Translations under genes and position numbers: made by a program
Part shown: positions 28,560 to 38,181 of the stretch, one piece after another
How the letters are laid out: the number at the start of each line of letters is the position of its first letter
How positions within the stretch are numbered: position 1 is the first letter of the stretch
Virus record (IMG/VR): IMGVR_UViG_3300017971_000185
Span: 124,001-188,000 of that record
Strand: one strand, 5' to 3'
DNA: 64,000 bases
Notes under the pieces: model-generated
The model's input: the letters and a program-made list of their open reading frames with translations, nothing else
Told to the model about the DNA's origin: nothing
Database searches by the model: none

Positions 28560-30100
28560 AGATTCTCCTCCGGTCGTGTTTCCTGGTTTCCCCGTCCGAT
28601 GACGAGGAGTTGTTCCAGCGAAACTACCTCGCGCTCCTGGCTTCCGATCTGGGATTCGAAACTCCAGAGGATGATCTGCTGTGGATGTTCATCAAGGACT
28701 TCTTCCAGCAGCACATGCATGTGCCGTCATTGGCAACGATTCGAGCCCACTTCGAACGCATCAAAGAGATGGAAGTGGTCGACCGGGTGGAGACGGTTGC
28801 CAATTTCAACCCGCTCACACGCGGTGACTTCGTTCGCCATCTGGAGGAGAAGGCAGAGGACCGTCGTAGTCGTCTGATTCTCGAATACGCCAAGACGATG
28901 GTGAAGATTGTCGAGACCGGGATAGAGGTCCGCGACGGGAAGAACAAGACGTTTCTCAAGGGTGCTGTCGATGCCTGCCGCTATTTCTCGGACCTGAGTC
29001 ATGGAATCCTCGCACCTACGCTTGGCGCGAGGATGTCTGGTGATCTGCTGGCCGACACGGTGGGTTTCAAGGAGCACTACGAGCGCGTGGAAGCCGACCC
29101 GGAGTATGGCATCGGGCTGTTCTCTGGGCTGGAGCAGATGGACAAGGTTATCGCCGGGGCAAAGAAGGGCGAGCTTTGGATCCACGCTGGCTTCACGGGC
29201 GCAATGAAAAGCTCACTTGCCTTGCATTGGGCCTACGTCCAAGCGATCTACTTCAAGCACACGGTCTTCTACTGCTCGCTGGAGATGCCTCTCATCCAGT
29301 GCCGCAACATTGTCCACACGATGCACTCGTTTCACGAGAAATTCCGTGAGGACCGCATCCGTCTGGGCATTCAGGCTCCGAGCAAGAAGCAGACCGATGG
29401 CACCGTGTTCCACTACGATCGGGGGCTCGACTACGAGAAGATCAAGAACGGCAAGCTGTCTCCGAATGAGAAAGTGTTTCTGATGGAGGTGGTCGAGCCG
29501 GACCTGGAGGATGCCTCCAACGTGTACGGAGACATCCACCTAGAAGGAGCCGACCCAGACAAGATCGACTACACCATCGTTGATCTGCGCACGAAGGCAG
29601 AGATTCAGTACGCGAAGCAGCCGTTCGATCTCATATTCATCGACCACATGGGGTTGATGGCTCCCCGGAAGCGGATGGGATCAACGACGGAGAATCTCAA
29701 TGAGGTCGTTCGCGATGTCAAGAAGATGGCTCTCGGTTTCAACCGCGGGATGGGCATTCCCATTGTTGCCTTGTGGCAGATTAGCCGACAAGGATGGCGA
29801 GAGGCAGCGAAGGCCGAGGGCAAGTACAATCTTACAACTTTAGCCTACGCGAACGAAACCGAGAGGAGCGCTGATGTTGTGACCGCTTCGTGGATTGATG
29901 ATGAGTTGAAGGCGCAGGGTCGGTTCTACATGCAGTGTCTCAAGAGCCGTGACACGGCACCGTTCGAACGATTTCCTGTGCGTGTGGAGTTTCACTGTCG
30001 TCGCTTGCTCACGGATCACGAAGGCATCGAGGACAGTGAGGAGGCCAAGCAGAAGCGCAACGAGGAAGTGGCCAACGAGCTAGACGAGTTGTTCGCATGA
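28556..30100 (+). CDS. dnaB: DnaB-like replicative helicase
   Basis: HAGFTGAMKS (Walker A variant), YCSLEM, IFIDHMGLM, LWQISR, ETERSADVV, CLKSRD. Confidence 0.88.
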   Translation: MKILLRSCFLVSPSDDEELFQRNYLALLASDLGFETPEDDLLWMFIKDFFQQHMHVPSLATIRAHFERIKEMEVVDRVETVANFNPLTRGDFVRHLEEKAEDRRSRLILEYAKTMVKIVETGIEVRDGKNKTFLKGAVDACRYFSDLSHGILAPTLGARMSGDLLADTVGFKEHYERVEADPEYGIGLFSGLEQMDKVIAGAKKGELWIHAGFTGAMKSSLALHWAYVQAIYFKHTVFYCSLEMPLIQCRNIVHTMHSFHEKFREDRIRLGIQAPSKKQTDGTVFHYDRGLDYEKIKNGKLSPNEKVFLMEVVEPDLEDASNVYGDIHLEGADPDKIDYTIVDLRTKAEIQYAKQPFDLIFIDHMGLMAPRKRMGSTTENLNEVVRDVKKMALGFNRGMGIPIVALWQISRQGWREAAKAEGKYNLTTLAYANETERSADVVTASWIDDELKAQGRFYMQCLKSRDTAPFERFPVRVEFHCRRLLTDHEGIEDSEEAKQKRNEEVANELDELFA

Positions 30101-30585
30101 CCGACACACTACGAATCAACCTCTGGCATGGCGATTGCCGGGAGAGAATCAAGACCCTCGAATCTGATTCGGTGGATCTTGTCTTGACCGATCCCCCTTA
30201 CGACTTGACATCGGGTTCGGGGAAGGGCGGTTTCATGGGCAAAACTTGGGACGCGACCGGGATTGCTTTCGATCCTGATGTTTGGCGTGAGGTCTTTCGC
30301 GTTCTCAAGCCAGGTTGTTGGGCCAAGGTGTTCTCGGCGACGCGGACGTTTCATCGCGTCTGCGTCGCGATGGAAGAAGCCGGATTCGAAGGCGTGAAGG
30401 ACAACTTGGAGGCGTGGACCTACGGATCTGGCTTCCCAAAGAGCCTCAACATCAGTAAAGCCTTGGCCAAGGCCAAGGAAGATCCCCGCATCACACCTGA
30501 GTTGATCGAGAAGTGGAAGGGGTATGGAACAGCGTTGAAGCCTGCACACGAGATCATTGTTTGTGGAATGAAACCGACTGCTTAG
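30097..30585 (+). CDS. Beta-class N4/N6 DNA methyltransferase, N-terminal catalytic module only
   Basis: VDLVLTDPPY, FRVLKPG, WTYGSGFPKS, GYGTALKPAHE; stops before the variable region and lacks FxGxG. Confidence 0.85.
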   Translation: MTDTLRINLWHGDCRERIKTLESDSVDLVLTDPPYDLTSGSGKGGFMGKTWDATGIAFDPDVWREVFRVLKPGCWAKVFSATRTFHRVCVAMEEAGFEGVKDNLEAWTYGSGFPKSLNISKALAKAKEDPRITPELIEKWKGYGTALKPAHEIIVCGMKPTA

Positions 30586-30625
30586 GTGGGTTTACCGTGG
30601 GAGGCTTCCGTGCTACAACATTCCC

Positions 30626-31255
30626 ATGCCAAAGGAGCGTCGGATTTGTGAGGGTTGTCGTCAGGCTTTCTGGGTCTATCCAGCGCAAATACGCAAAGGT
30701 GGGGGGAAGTTTTGCTCACGTGAGTGTAGTAAGAAAGGGGAACAACGGACGTGCCCGGTTTGCAGAAAGAGTTTCTATGCTCAACGATCACGGATTAAGC
30801 GTGGCGAAGCACGCTATTGTTCTCGGGAATGTGGTAACCCGGCGCGAGGTAAGAAAGGATCGGACAATCCAAACTGGAAAGGTGGCCGGTTCAAACGAAG
30901 CGATGGTTACATCGCAGTGTGGGTGGGAGACGGAAAGTATCGGTTGGAACATGATCTCATCATGGAAAGCCATGTCGGTCGGAGGCTTCGGCGTGGCGAA
31001 AATGTCCACCATGAAAGTGAGATTCGTGACGACAATCGGTTGGAGAACCTGGAGCTTACTGACTGGTCAAGCCACATCCGAGACCACCATGCTCAAAAAC
31101 CAGATCTCACTAAATGGGAGATGGTTGTGTGTATGAATTGTCGCAAGCCCTTCGCCAAGCGCTCATGTCAAGTTCGGAAAACAGCGCACCACTATTGCAC
31201 AAGAGTTTGTTATCTCGATGCTTGTGCGAAAGGGTCTCGGCCGGGAGGCAGGTAG
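30626..31255 (+). mobile_element. Free-standing HNH endonuclease with CxxC Zn-finger repeats
   Basis: CEGC..FCSREC, CPVC..YCSREC, NPNWKGG, VHHESEIRDDNRLENLEL; lower GC than flanks. Confidence 0.85.
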
Positions 31256-31518
31256 TGACGATTCTCAAAGCAGACGGCACTGCGTACCGTGAGCCGGGAG
31301 AACCGTGCGATCATGGCATCACGTTCGATGAGGAAGAGGCGGAACGGATACTTGGAAACTGGGAGCCGCGCGACAGTACTGATTTCGTCATGGGCAATCC
31401 GGCCGCTGCGGAGGTTCGCAGACGATGGCCACGTCTGAATGGCCGGTGCCCTCTGGGCTGTGGTTACGTGGGCATCTACTACGCGAGTCCCGAGCACTAC
31501 ACCCTGGGAGACTGGTGA
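31255..31518 (+). CDS. Hypothetical protein
   Basis: GTG 31255 overlapping the HNH stop; CPLGCGY. Confidence 0.55.
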   Translation: MTILKADGTAYREPGEPCDHGITFDEEEAERILGNWEPRDSTDFVMGNPAAAEVRRRWPRLNGRCPLGCGYVGIYYASPEHYTLGDW

Positions 31519-32180
31519 CGTTCTATCCCATAGTTGATGACCAGGGTGCCATTGCCGAGACGCAGATCTACACGATCTGTTTGGCGGACTGTCCATGGTT
31601 CTACTATGGCTCGGAAACGAAAGATGCTGCGGCTGGGAAGCACTACGGGCTCATGTCGCAAGAGGAGCTAGCTGCGCTTCCCGTGCGTGAGCTACTGGCC
31701 CAAGATGCCGCCTTGTTCTTGTGGGCGACCTGTCCTCGGCTCGACTACGCAATTGACCTGATTCGTGCGTGGGGTTTTCACTACCGTGGTGTCGCGTGGG
31801 TGTGGGCCAAGACACGCAAGGACGGAACGCTCATCCACGGGCAAGGTGTGCCTCCAACGTTCACAAAACCGACGACCGAGATGGTCCTGGCGGCGAGCAC
31901 GAAGCCTCGGGGGCGTCCGTTCAAGATCCAGACGAGCAAGATGGCGCAGTTGGTCGGGGCTCCCATGGAGGGAGAGGTCGTTCCTGCGCCACGTGAGCAA
32001 CACAGCGTCAAGCCCACGAAGTTTCATAGGCTGATCGAGGAGCTAGCCGGCCCAGAACCGAGCAAGATCGAGCTTTTCTGTCGGGGGCGTCCAGAGCCGG
32101 GGTGGCACGGATGGGGTAACGAGTGTAAACCAGCGGAGCCCGTGTCCTTCCATGACTTCGTGCGTGGGGAGTTGAGGTAA
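31515..32180 (+). CDS. MT-A70-family adenine methyltransferase
   Basis: CLADCPWFY (DPPW variant), AALFLWAT, AWGFHY..WVWAK, TTEMVL, HSVKP, KIELFCR, GWHGWGNE. Confidence 0.85.
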   Translation: MTFYPIVDDQGAIAETQIYTICLADCPWFYYGSETKDAAAGKHYGLMSQEELAALPVRELLAQDAALFLWATCPRLDYAIDLIRAWGFHYRGVAWVWAKTRKDGTLIHGQGVPPTFTKPTTEMVLAASTKPRGRPFKIQTSKMAQLVGAPMEGEVVPAPREQHSVKPTKFHRLIEELAGPEPSKIELFCRGRPEPGWHGWGNECKPAEPVSFHDFVRGELR

Positions 32181-32189
32181 GGAGACAAC

Positions 32190-33155
32190 ATGTCTGAAAT
32201 CGGTAGACGACGGTTCTTGCAGTTTCTCGGGTTGGGAGGCGCTACGGCAGCGACGCTCACGACCCCGATCCCTGTGTTTGGGAGCGATGATGGGCCGAAG
32301 CTGTGGACGCCAGACCAGAAGATCGTGGGCGGGCATCTCGTGCTCGTGCCGCCGAAGGACTGGAGCACTCAGAGATGGAAGCATCCGAGTGGGGGCCGGA
32401 TCGAGCTTTCGACAGACGATCCCGAGAGTGGCGAGGCGATCGTGGGACAGGTTGGGCGAGCTTGGCCTACGGTAAGAGACAGGATCTACTGGGATTCGCG
32501 TAGAGAGCCGCTCATAACCGTGGGTCCGCAGCCGCTTCGGCTCAGCCTCGAACCCTCGACAACTCAGACCGTGGGGCAAGGTGTACAGGACAGGCCCCAT
32601 ACGCCTCATGCTGAGCACGCAATCGCGGTTCCGTTGTCCGAGAAGCACACGTCTGAGGAAGCGCATGCGGCGTTCTACAAAGGTGCGCAGGAGCTACGAA
32701 AGCGGTTCAAGGCAGAGTCCTTGAAGATTCTGGAGCGGGTGCCTGTTTCTTTGCGGCAAGATGCTCAGATCGTCACACTCGTGAACAACGCGGTCTACGC
32801 CGACGCGCTGTATGCTCCCGCGCTGTATGAGCAACAGGTTGCTGATCACGTACAACAACCGGGGTTCACGCTGCGTGCTGAGTGGTCGCAGTATGTGGTT
32901 GTGGGCGAAGTCGAGAGAAACGGCTGGCAAGTCTACAGCGAGACGGGTGAGTATCCCATCGAGATCCCGAGCGATCTCGACATGGAATTCTTGCTTCACA
33001 TGGACAAGATGATGCTAACTAGCGTCACGTACAACATCAGCAACAACGATAGCTGGACGGTCGTCACCACTCCGGGCGGCAAGTGGACTATTCCTGGCGT
33101 CGAGCCGCAGACGCTCGGTAAGCCTATCAAGAGACCGAAGATCCTCAAGCCGTGA
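32190..33155 (+). CDS. Hypothetical protein with twin-arginine (Tat)-like signal peptide
   Basis: MSEIGRRRFLQFLGLGGATAATL; AAGGAG RBS. Confidence 0.6.
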   Translation: MSEIGRRRFLQFLGLGGATAATLTTPIPVFGSDDGPKLWTPDQKIVGGHLVLVPPKDWSTQRWKHPSGGRIELSTDDPESGEAIVGQVGRAWPTVRDRIYWDSRREPLITVGPQPLRLSLEPSTTQTVGQGVQDRPHTPHAEHAIAVPLSEKHTSEEAHAAFYKGAQELRKRFKAESLKILERVPVSLRQDAQIVTLVNNAVYADALYAPALYEQQVADHVQQPGFTLRAEWSQYVVVGEVERNGWQVYSETGEYPIEIPSDLDMEFLLHMDKMMLTSVTYNISNNDSWTVVTTPGGKWTIPGVEPQTLGKPIKRPKILKP

Positions 33156-33736
33156 AAGTAGTCACGCTAGCACGCAAGCCGTTTCCTGCGTCGGCGGCCG
33201 AGTGTGCCGTCGAGTGGGGAACAGCGAGTGTGAACATCGGGGCGAGTCGTGTGGGCGGTAAGCCGAGAACAACACACAAACATGGGAACAGGCGGACGCG
33301 GAATCGAGGTCCCACGATGAAAGAGGGCTTCAAGGTCGGAGACTATGCGTCTCCGGGGCGTCGTTACCCCGCCAACCTCATCCTCCAGCACCGGTCTTCT
33401 TGCGAGATCGTGGGGGAGCGCGAGGTTGCGAGTGGGGTTGCTGTACGGGAGCGGAGCGGCGGCAAGACGATCTTCTCCGAGACAGCCAAGCCTCCCATGG
33501 AGAACATGACTTACGGGGAGGGAGGCAAGGAGTCGATCCCAGATTGGCGATGCGCTGAGAGTTGTCCTGTTTCCGATCTCGATGCGCAGAGCGGAATCTC
33601 TACGAGCAAGGGACACGTCCGGCACAATGCGGGATCGTGGAAGGTCCGCAAGGTGGGCAATGTGGTCGCAGCGGTCGAGACTCCGCACACGGACACGGGT
33701 GGCGCATCGAGGTTTTTCAAACAGGTGAAGCCGTGA
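33152..33736 (+). CDS. Stand-alone methyltransferase middle (variable/TRD-like) module
   Basis: VVTLARKP...EWGT..VNI...RV, GRRYPANLILQH, WRCAESCPV..LDAQSG, DTGGASRFF; no catalytic or SAM-binding motif. Confidence 0.75.
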   Translation: MKVVTLARKPFPASAAECAVEWGTASVNIGASRVGGKPRTTHKHGNRRTRNRGPTMKEGFKVGDYASPGRRYPANLILQHRSSCEIVGEREVASGVAVRERSGGKTIFSETAKPPMENMTYGEGGKESIPDWRCAESCPVSDLDAQSGISTSKGHVRHNAGSWKVRKVGNVVAAVETPHTDTGGASRFFKQVKP

Positions 33737-35196
33737 AGGTGATTACCCTCGCCCGAGCGCCGTTGCGCGGGGCGGTTGCTCAGTCTTGCATCGAGTGGAG
33801 CACGGGAGCGATCAACATCGACGGAACACGCATTGCTGGACCAACATGGACGCGAAGCACGGAGTCGTTGGAGGACATTCGTGGCGGAAGGTACGGGTCT
33901 GCGTCGAAGGATCGCATCCCGGTTCCGCCACAAGCGATGCCGTCTGGGGGACGGTGGCCGTCCAACATGGTGCTCCAACACAAGCCGAGTTGCCGCCAGA
34001 CGGGAACGACCACGGCTCCCGGCTACATGATCAACCGCTGGACGGACGGAGCTAAGCCCTTCGGAGGCGGAGCCGGTCATCCTTACGAGGGTGAGAAGCA
34101 GCCAGATGAGAGCGTGACCGTGTGGGAGTGTGAAGAGGGGTGTGGGGTGGCGGGAGTTGATCAACAAGGTGGTCTTCTTACGAGCGGAAAACCTGTAGGC
34201 GCTCGTCATACGGGAGGGACTTTGTTGGCGGGCGGGGGTAACGAATACATGCTGACCGGCTACGGAGACACCGGAACTGCGTCTCGTTTCTTCAAGCAGG
34301 TACAGGAGACAGACATGCATGAGTTACCACAGGAGTTGATCGACTACCTGGAGACGATGATCACTCCGCCAGATGGTGAAGTTTTGATCGTGTCCGACAT
34401 GTCTGCTGTCAACTGGTCCGAGTACGAGGACAACCAGCTACACGGCCTTTTGATCGTCGGGAAGCGGGCGGACGAATTCTCAGGCAACGACTACATGGAG
34501 CAGATCTGGCGAGTGCTCCGTCCGGGTGCTCACGTCATGTTGATCGCATCCGATGAGGAGCCCACGGGACACACCGGGGCGTGTGCTCTGGAGGACAAGG
34601 GATTCGAGATCCGCGACTCTATCTTGCTCGTGCAAGAGCCCGGACGCATCCACTACGTTGCCAAGGCGGCAACGAAGGAGCGCAACGCGGGCATTGTTCC
34701 GTTTGAGCGCAAGGTCAAGGAGAAGCGCTTGTTCCCTAAGCCTGAGCATATGGATGATATCGAGCTGGAGTTTGCAGAGGTCAAGACGGAGGAAGAGATC
34801 GCCGCGTGGGTTGAGGAAGGTGCTTCGCGAATGGAGATCCCGAAGGACCATCGGCAGTGGTTTGACGAGCGCGAGGTCGAGATCGTCAAGAAGAAACAGA
34901 ATGACCATCCAACCATAAAGGCCAAGGATCTCCTCCGTCGTTTGCTTGGCGACTTGCCGGAAGGTTCACTTGTGGTCGATCCGTTCATGGGCTCGGGCTC
35001 GACGGGCATCGCGTGTGTCGAGGCCGGGATGGCCTTCACGGGGATCGAGCTTGAGATGGAAAGCCTCCAAATTGCCGATGCTCGTGTCCGGCATTGGGAT
35101 TCTGCCGAGCTACGTCCTTGGGCCGCAGAGGTAGTTAGCGAGGCAGAACAGCCAAAGCGCAAAAAGCGCAGTTTCTTGCAGTTGCGCGAAAAGTAA
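33733..35196 (+). CDS. Permuted methyltransferase: middle module, degenerate catalytic-like module and SAM-binding module (probable internal start at 34315)
   Basis: VITLARAP...GGRWPSNMVLQH...ASRFF; DYLETMITPPDGEVL; WRVLRPG...ALEDKGFEIRD without DPPY; HYVAKA, NDHPTIK, VVDPFMGSGSTG. AGGAG RBS at 34304 before ATG 34315. Confidence 0.8.
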   Translation: MKVITLARAPLRGAVAQSCIEWSTGAINIDGTRIAGPTWTRSTESLEDIRGGRYGSASKDRIPVPPQAMPSGGRWPSNMVLQHKPSCRQTGTTTAPGYMINRWTDGAKPFGGGAGHPYEGEKQPDESVTVWECEEGCGVAGVDQQGGLLTSGKPVGARHTGGTLLAGGGNEYMLTGYGDTGTASRFFKQVQETDMHELPQELIDYLETMITPPDGEVLIVSDMSAVNWSEYEDNQLHGLLIVGKRADEFSGNDYMEQIWRVLRPGAHVMLIASDEEPTGHTGACALEDKGFEIRDSILLVQEPGRIHYVAKAATKERNAGIVPFERKVKEKRLFPKPEHMDDIELEFAEVKTEEEIAAWVEEGASRMEIPKDHRQWFDEREVEIVKKKQNDHPTIKAKDLLRRLLGDLPEGSLVVDPFMGSGSTGIACVEAGMAFTGIELEMESLQIADARVRHWDSAELRPWAAEVVSEAEQPKRKKRSFLQLREK

Positions 35197-35221
35197 ACTT
35201 CCGCCCGGATTCGGCGTAGAG
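35193..35221 (+). promoter_or_regulatory. ECF-sigma-like phage promoter
   Basis: GTAAAC-N15-GCGTAGAG overlapping the upstream stop codon. Confidence 0.8.
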
Positions 35222-35240
35222 ATGGTAAGGAGACAAGTCT

Positions 35241-35432
35241 ATGAATTTCCTGACCATCGAGCTTCCCATCCCCGAGGCTCCCGAACCGGCCGAGGTTTGT
35301 GAGGTTTGTGGCGGCCCTGGTGTTTCGCTGGGCTCTCTGGGGTCGCGGGAGTATTTTCGTTGCCGTCACTGTGGCAATCAGTGGTCGGCCGGGGAAGAGG
35401 ATCACAGCTACGAAGTTAGCTTCAAGGTGTAG
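35241..35432 (+). CDS. Small Zn-ribbon protein
   Basis: CEVC...CRHC; AAGGAG RBS. Confidence 0.65.
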   Translation: MNFLTIELPIPEAPEPAEVCEVCGGPGVSLGSLGSREYFRCRHCGNQWSAGEEDHSYEVSFKV

Positions 35433-35441
35433 ACTCCTGGT

Positions 35442-35759
35442 ATGAAGACCAAAGCGGACACCATCTTCACAATTCTCAACTTCGTTGTTGCTCTCGCTCT
35501 GACGGGAGTCGTGGCGAAGGTCGTGTTTGCTGACCTTCCGGTTTTGACCGAGTTGGCTCAGGCCAGGACTGAGTTGATACGGGTCGGGACTGAGCTACCA
35601 AAGTACGAGTACGCGATCGAGTCAATTCCAGATCTGGAGTGGGGCACGAAGGCTCAGGAGATGGGTCAAGCAGGCTGGACGCTTGTCTTTGCTCGCCGTG
35701 CCTCCGACAGTGCGGGCGACTTTCTGTACGAGTGCATCTGGCAGCGTCAGGTTCGTTGA
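35442..35759 (+). CDS. Membrane-anchored DUF4177-like protein
   Basis: N-terminal TM; YEYAIES...EMGQAGWTLV. Confidence 0.5.
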   Translation: MKTKADTIFTILNFVVALALTGVVAKVVFADLPVLTELAQARTELIRVGTELPKYEYAIESIPDLEWGTKAQEMGQAGWTLVFARRASDSAGDFLYECIWQRQVR

Positions 35760-36052
35760 TGGCAGAGATCATTCCCTTCGACGCTCTGATCAGCAAGGTC
35801 GATAGCGGCCGACTTCAGAGATCGTCGTGTCTCACGACGCGGATCGTTTATGCGGACGTGGAGAAGGGGATGTTTCGCGGCCTTGTTGATGCCTCCAAAC
35901 CAGAGAATCCTCCCTACGAAGTCAAGATTGATGCCAAGGCTCGGGTATGTCGCTGTACCTGTGAGGACTTCAAACGGAAGGCGGCTCCCTGCAAGCATCT
36001 AGTGGCTTTCGCAAGGGTAGCGCGAGCGATGACGAACGGGATGAGTTTGTAA
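35759..36052 (+). CDS. SWIM zinc-finger protein
   Basis: CRCTCEDF...PCKHLVA. Confidence 0.75.
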   Translation: MAEIIPFDALISKVDSGRLQRSSCLTTRIVYADVEKGMFRGLVDASKPENPPYEVKIDAKARVCRCTCEDFKRKAAPCKHLVAFARVARAMTNGMSL

Positions 36053-36077
36053 ACTTCTTGCCGAATCTCGCGTAGAG
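36049..36077 (+). promoter_or_regulatory. ECF-sigma-like phage promoter (drives the ligase)
   Basis: GTAAAC-N15-GCGTAGAG. Confidence 0.8.
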
Positions 36078-36095
36078 AGAACACGGGACCAGACC

Positions 36096-37271
36096 ATGGC
36101 TATCAGAGACATCGAGGAATTGGTCGCTACGCTGGAGGCTGCCAGCGAAGCCTACTACAACGGCGACCCCATCATGAGCGACGCGGAATTCGACGCGCTC
36201 GAAGATGAGCTTCGTAGTCTCGCGCCGAAGCACAAGTACTTCAAGCGCGTCGGAGCGAAGGCTTCCAAGACAAAGTGGGCCAAGGTCAAGCACGACGCTC
36301 CGATGGGCTCGCTGCTCAAGGTCAACACGGAGAAGGAGCTACACGCCTGGTACGACGCCTGCATCGGAGACCTGAAAGCCTACGCGAAGGGCTTGAAGGG
36401 TCAGGCGCGAAAGGACTTCTTGGCTCGGGTCGAGGAAGCCCAACTAGTCGTGAGTGAGAAGCTGGATGGCGCATCGGTCTCCCTCGTCTACAAGGACGGC
36501 AAGCTCATCCATGCATTGCTGCGAGGCGAGGGTGATGAGGGCGAGGACATTCTGTCCAATGTGATCAAGATGCTAGGTCTCCAGAAGGTTCAAAAGGGCT
36601 TCACGGGCTGGCAGCGTGGCGAGATCATCTTGGGCAAGAAGCTGCACACCAAGCATCTGGGCGAGTACAAGAGTCGTCGCAACGCTGCTGTTGGCATCTC
36701 GCGCCGAGAGTCGGATGCGTCAGCCTGCAAGTATCTGACGGTCAGCCACTACCAGGCGATTCGCAAGGGCGGCAAGGCGATCAAAGACAAGATCACCGAG
36801 TTTCTCATGCTGAAGAAGCGCATGTGTGCCACGCCGTTCTTCAAGCTAGTAGACGGTCCCGATGGTGTCGTGGAGATCTACGAGGAGTACGTCGAGGGCG
36901 CTCGCGCAGCGCTCGACTACGACATCGATGGGCTCGTTGTGGAATTCAATGACCCGGAGCTAATGGAGGTTCTGGGTGATTCGAGCGGTCGGCCCAAGGG
37001 AGCGAGGGCGTTCAAGTTTCCGCATGTAAAGAAAATCACGCGGTTGAGAGATATTCGCTGGCAGGTTGGCTTGTCGGGTCGTGTGACGCCCGTGGCCGAG
37101 TTTGATCCGGTCGATCTAGCGGGAGCGACACTAGCCCGAGCCAGTCTTGCTACGGCTAGGCACGTTGCCAAGCTGAGACTTTTCCCAGGTTGTCGTGTTC
37201 TTGTGTCACGCAGGAACGAAGTTATCCCGCGAATTGAAAAGAACGTGGACGAAGGTATCGATAATGAGTGA
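36096..37271 (+). CDS. ligA: NAD-dependent DNA ligase, N-terminal part (domain Ia, adenylation, OB)
   Basis: YYNGDPIMSDAEFD, SEKLDG, YDIDGLVV, ARAFKFP, WQVG.SGR.TPVA.FDPV.L.G, EVIPRI, then stop. Confidence 0.92.
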   Translation: MAIRDIEELVATLEAASEAYYNGDPIMSDAEFDALEDELRSLAPKHKYFKRVGAKASKTKWAKVKHDAPMGSLLKVNTEKELHAWYDACIGDLKAYAKGLKGQARKDFLARVEEAQLVVSEKLDGASVSLVYKDGKLIHALLRGEGDEGEDILSNVIKMLGLQKVQKGFTGWQRGEIILGKKLHTKHLGEYKSRRNAAVGISRRESDASACKYLTVSHYQAIRKGGKAIKDKITEFLMLKKRMCATPFFKLVDGPDGVVEIYEEYVEGARAALDYDIDGLVVEFNDPELMEVLGDSSGRPKGARAFKFPHVKKITRLRDIRWQVGLSGRVTPVAEFDPVDLAGATLARASLATARHVAKLRLFPGCRVLVSRRNEVIPRIEKNVDEGIDNE

Positions 37272-38181
37272 GCGTAAGTGCCTACGATGCGGGTGCGCCA
37301 TCGCCCATCTTCATTTCAATGCTAAGCGCTGTCCTCCGTGCGCGCGCGAGGTAGCTGAAGCAAAGGAACGCCAGCGTAAGAAAATTGTCTTGGCACCAGA
37401 TGCCGTTACCTGTCCTGTGTGCAAGAGGCGAATGAATTGCATAACGGCAGGACATTTCCGCAAGCATGGCTATCCGACAGCACAAGTATTCAAAAGGACC
37501 TTTTCTCTAGACACTTTGAAAGCTCCTTCGCTCTGTCAAGATCACTCTCAGTACATGCGGAAAAATTCGCCCACAAAAGGTAAGACTCGTACTCTTTCGG
37601 AAAGACGGCGGATGCGTCAAAACCGCCGGGGGAAAGGGGTAGGTGTCTGCGGCAAGTATGAGCGAACGCCAGAAATCCGAGCCCGTATTTCAGCAGGAGT
37701 AACTAAGTATCTCTTATCAAGAGAGGGAGATTTTGCACGAGGGTGGTTTGTCTATTCGGAGAAACTGGACGATGCGGTCTACGTTCGCTCTTCTTGGGAA
37801 GAGCGTGTTGTGGCGGTGTTTGATCTTCATCCTTGTGTTGAGTGGTTTGAAACTGAGCCTTTCTCGATTCCATACTTCTTCGCGGGAGTTACAAGACGCT
37901 ACGTGCCTGATTTTCTCCTTTGGCTGGAGGGAGGGATAAAGGAAGTGTGGGAAGTAAAGCCTGAGGAGTTTTTGAAGTTGGCCAAGAACCAGGCCAAGAT
38001 TGCGGCTCTGAATGATTACACTCGTCAGAGGGGGTACAACGCAAGAGTTGTGAGGCTTGTGGATATAGAGGGGATGGAGATGCAGGTGGGTCTACGACCG
38101 TGGAGAGGTTGTGGCCAGCCTTGGGTGCGGCTTGACGATCCGAGTTATCGCCCAGGAGGAGAAGCAAATGCCAAACCATAG
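37264..38181 (+). mobile_element. Free-standing TnsA-like PD-(D/E)xK homing endonuclease inserted in ligA
   Basis: CxxC Zn motifs, MucR/NUMOD3-like segments, RSSWEER...EPFSIPY...YVPDF...WEVKP; lower GC than flanks. Confidence 0.8.

Noticed and set aside
30599-31249. GGGAGGC direct repeat flanking the second HNH
   Set aside because: Seven GC-rich bases resembling an RBS; compatible with chance.
32498-32505. GCGTAGAG as another promoter (also GCGTAGA at 49072 and 49700)
   Set aside because: Inside CDSs and lacking the AAC hexamer at 15 nt. Intergenic half-matches at 21293, 25941 and 39837 also lack it and were not called.
37264-38181. Group I intron in ligA
   Set aside because: The endonuclease ORF overlaps both ligase halves, leaving no non-coding space for the catalytic core, and the 3' half has its own RBS/ATG.
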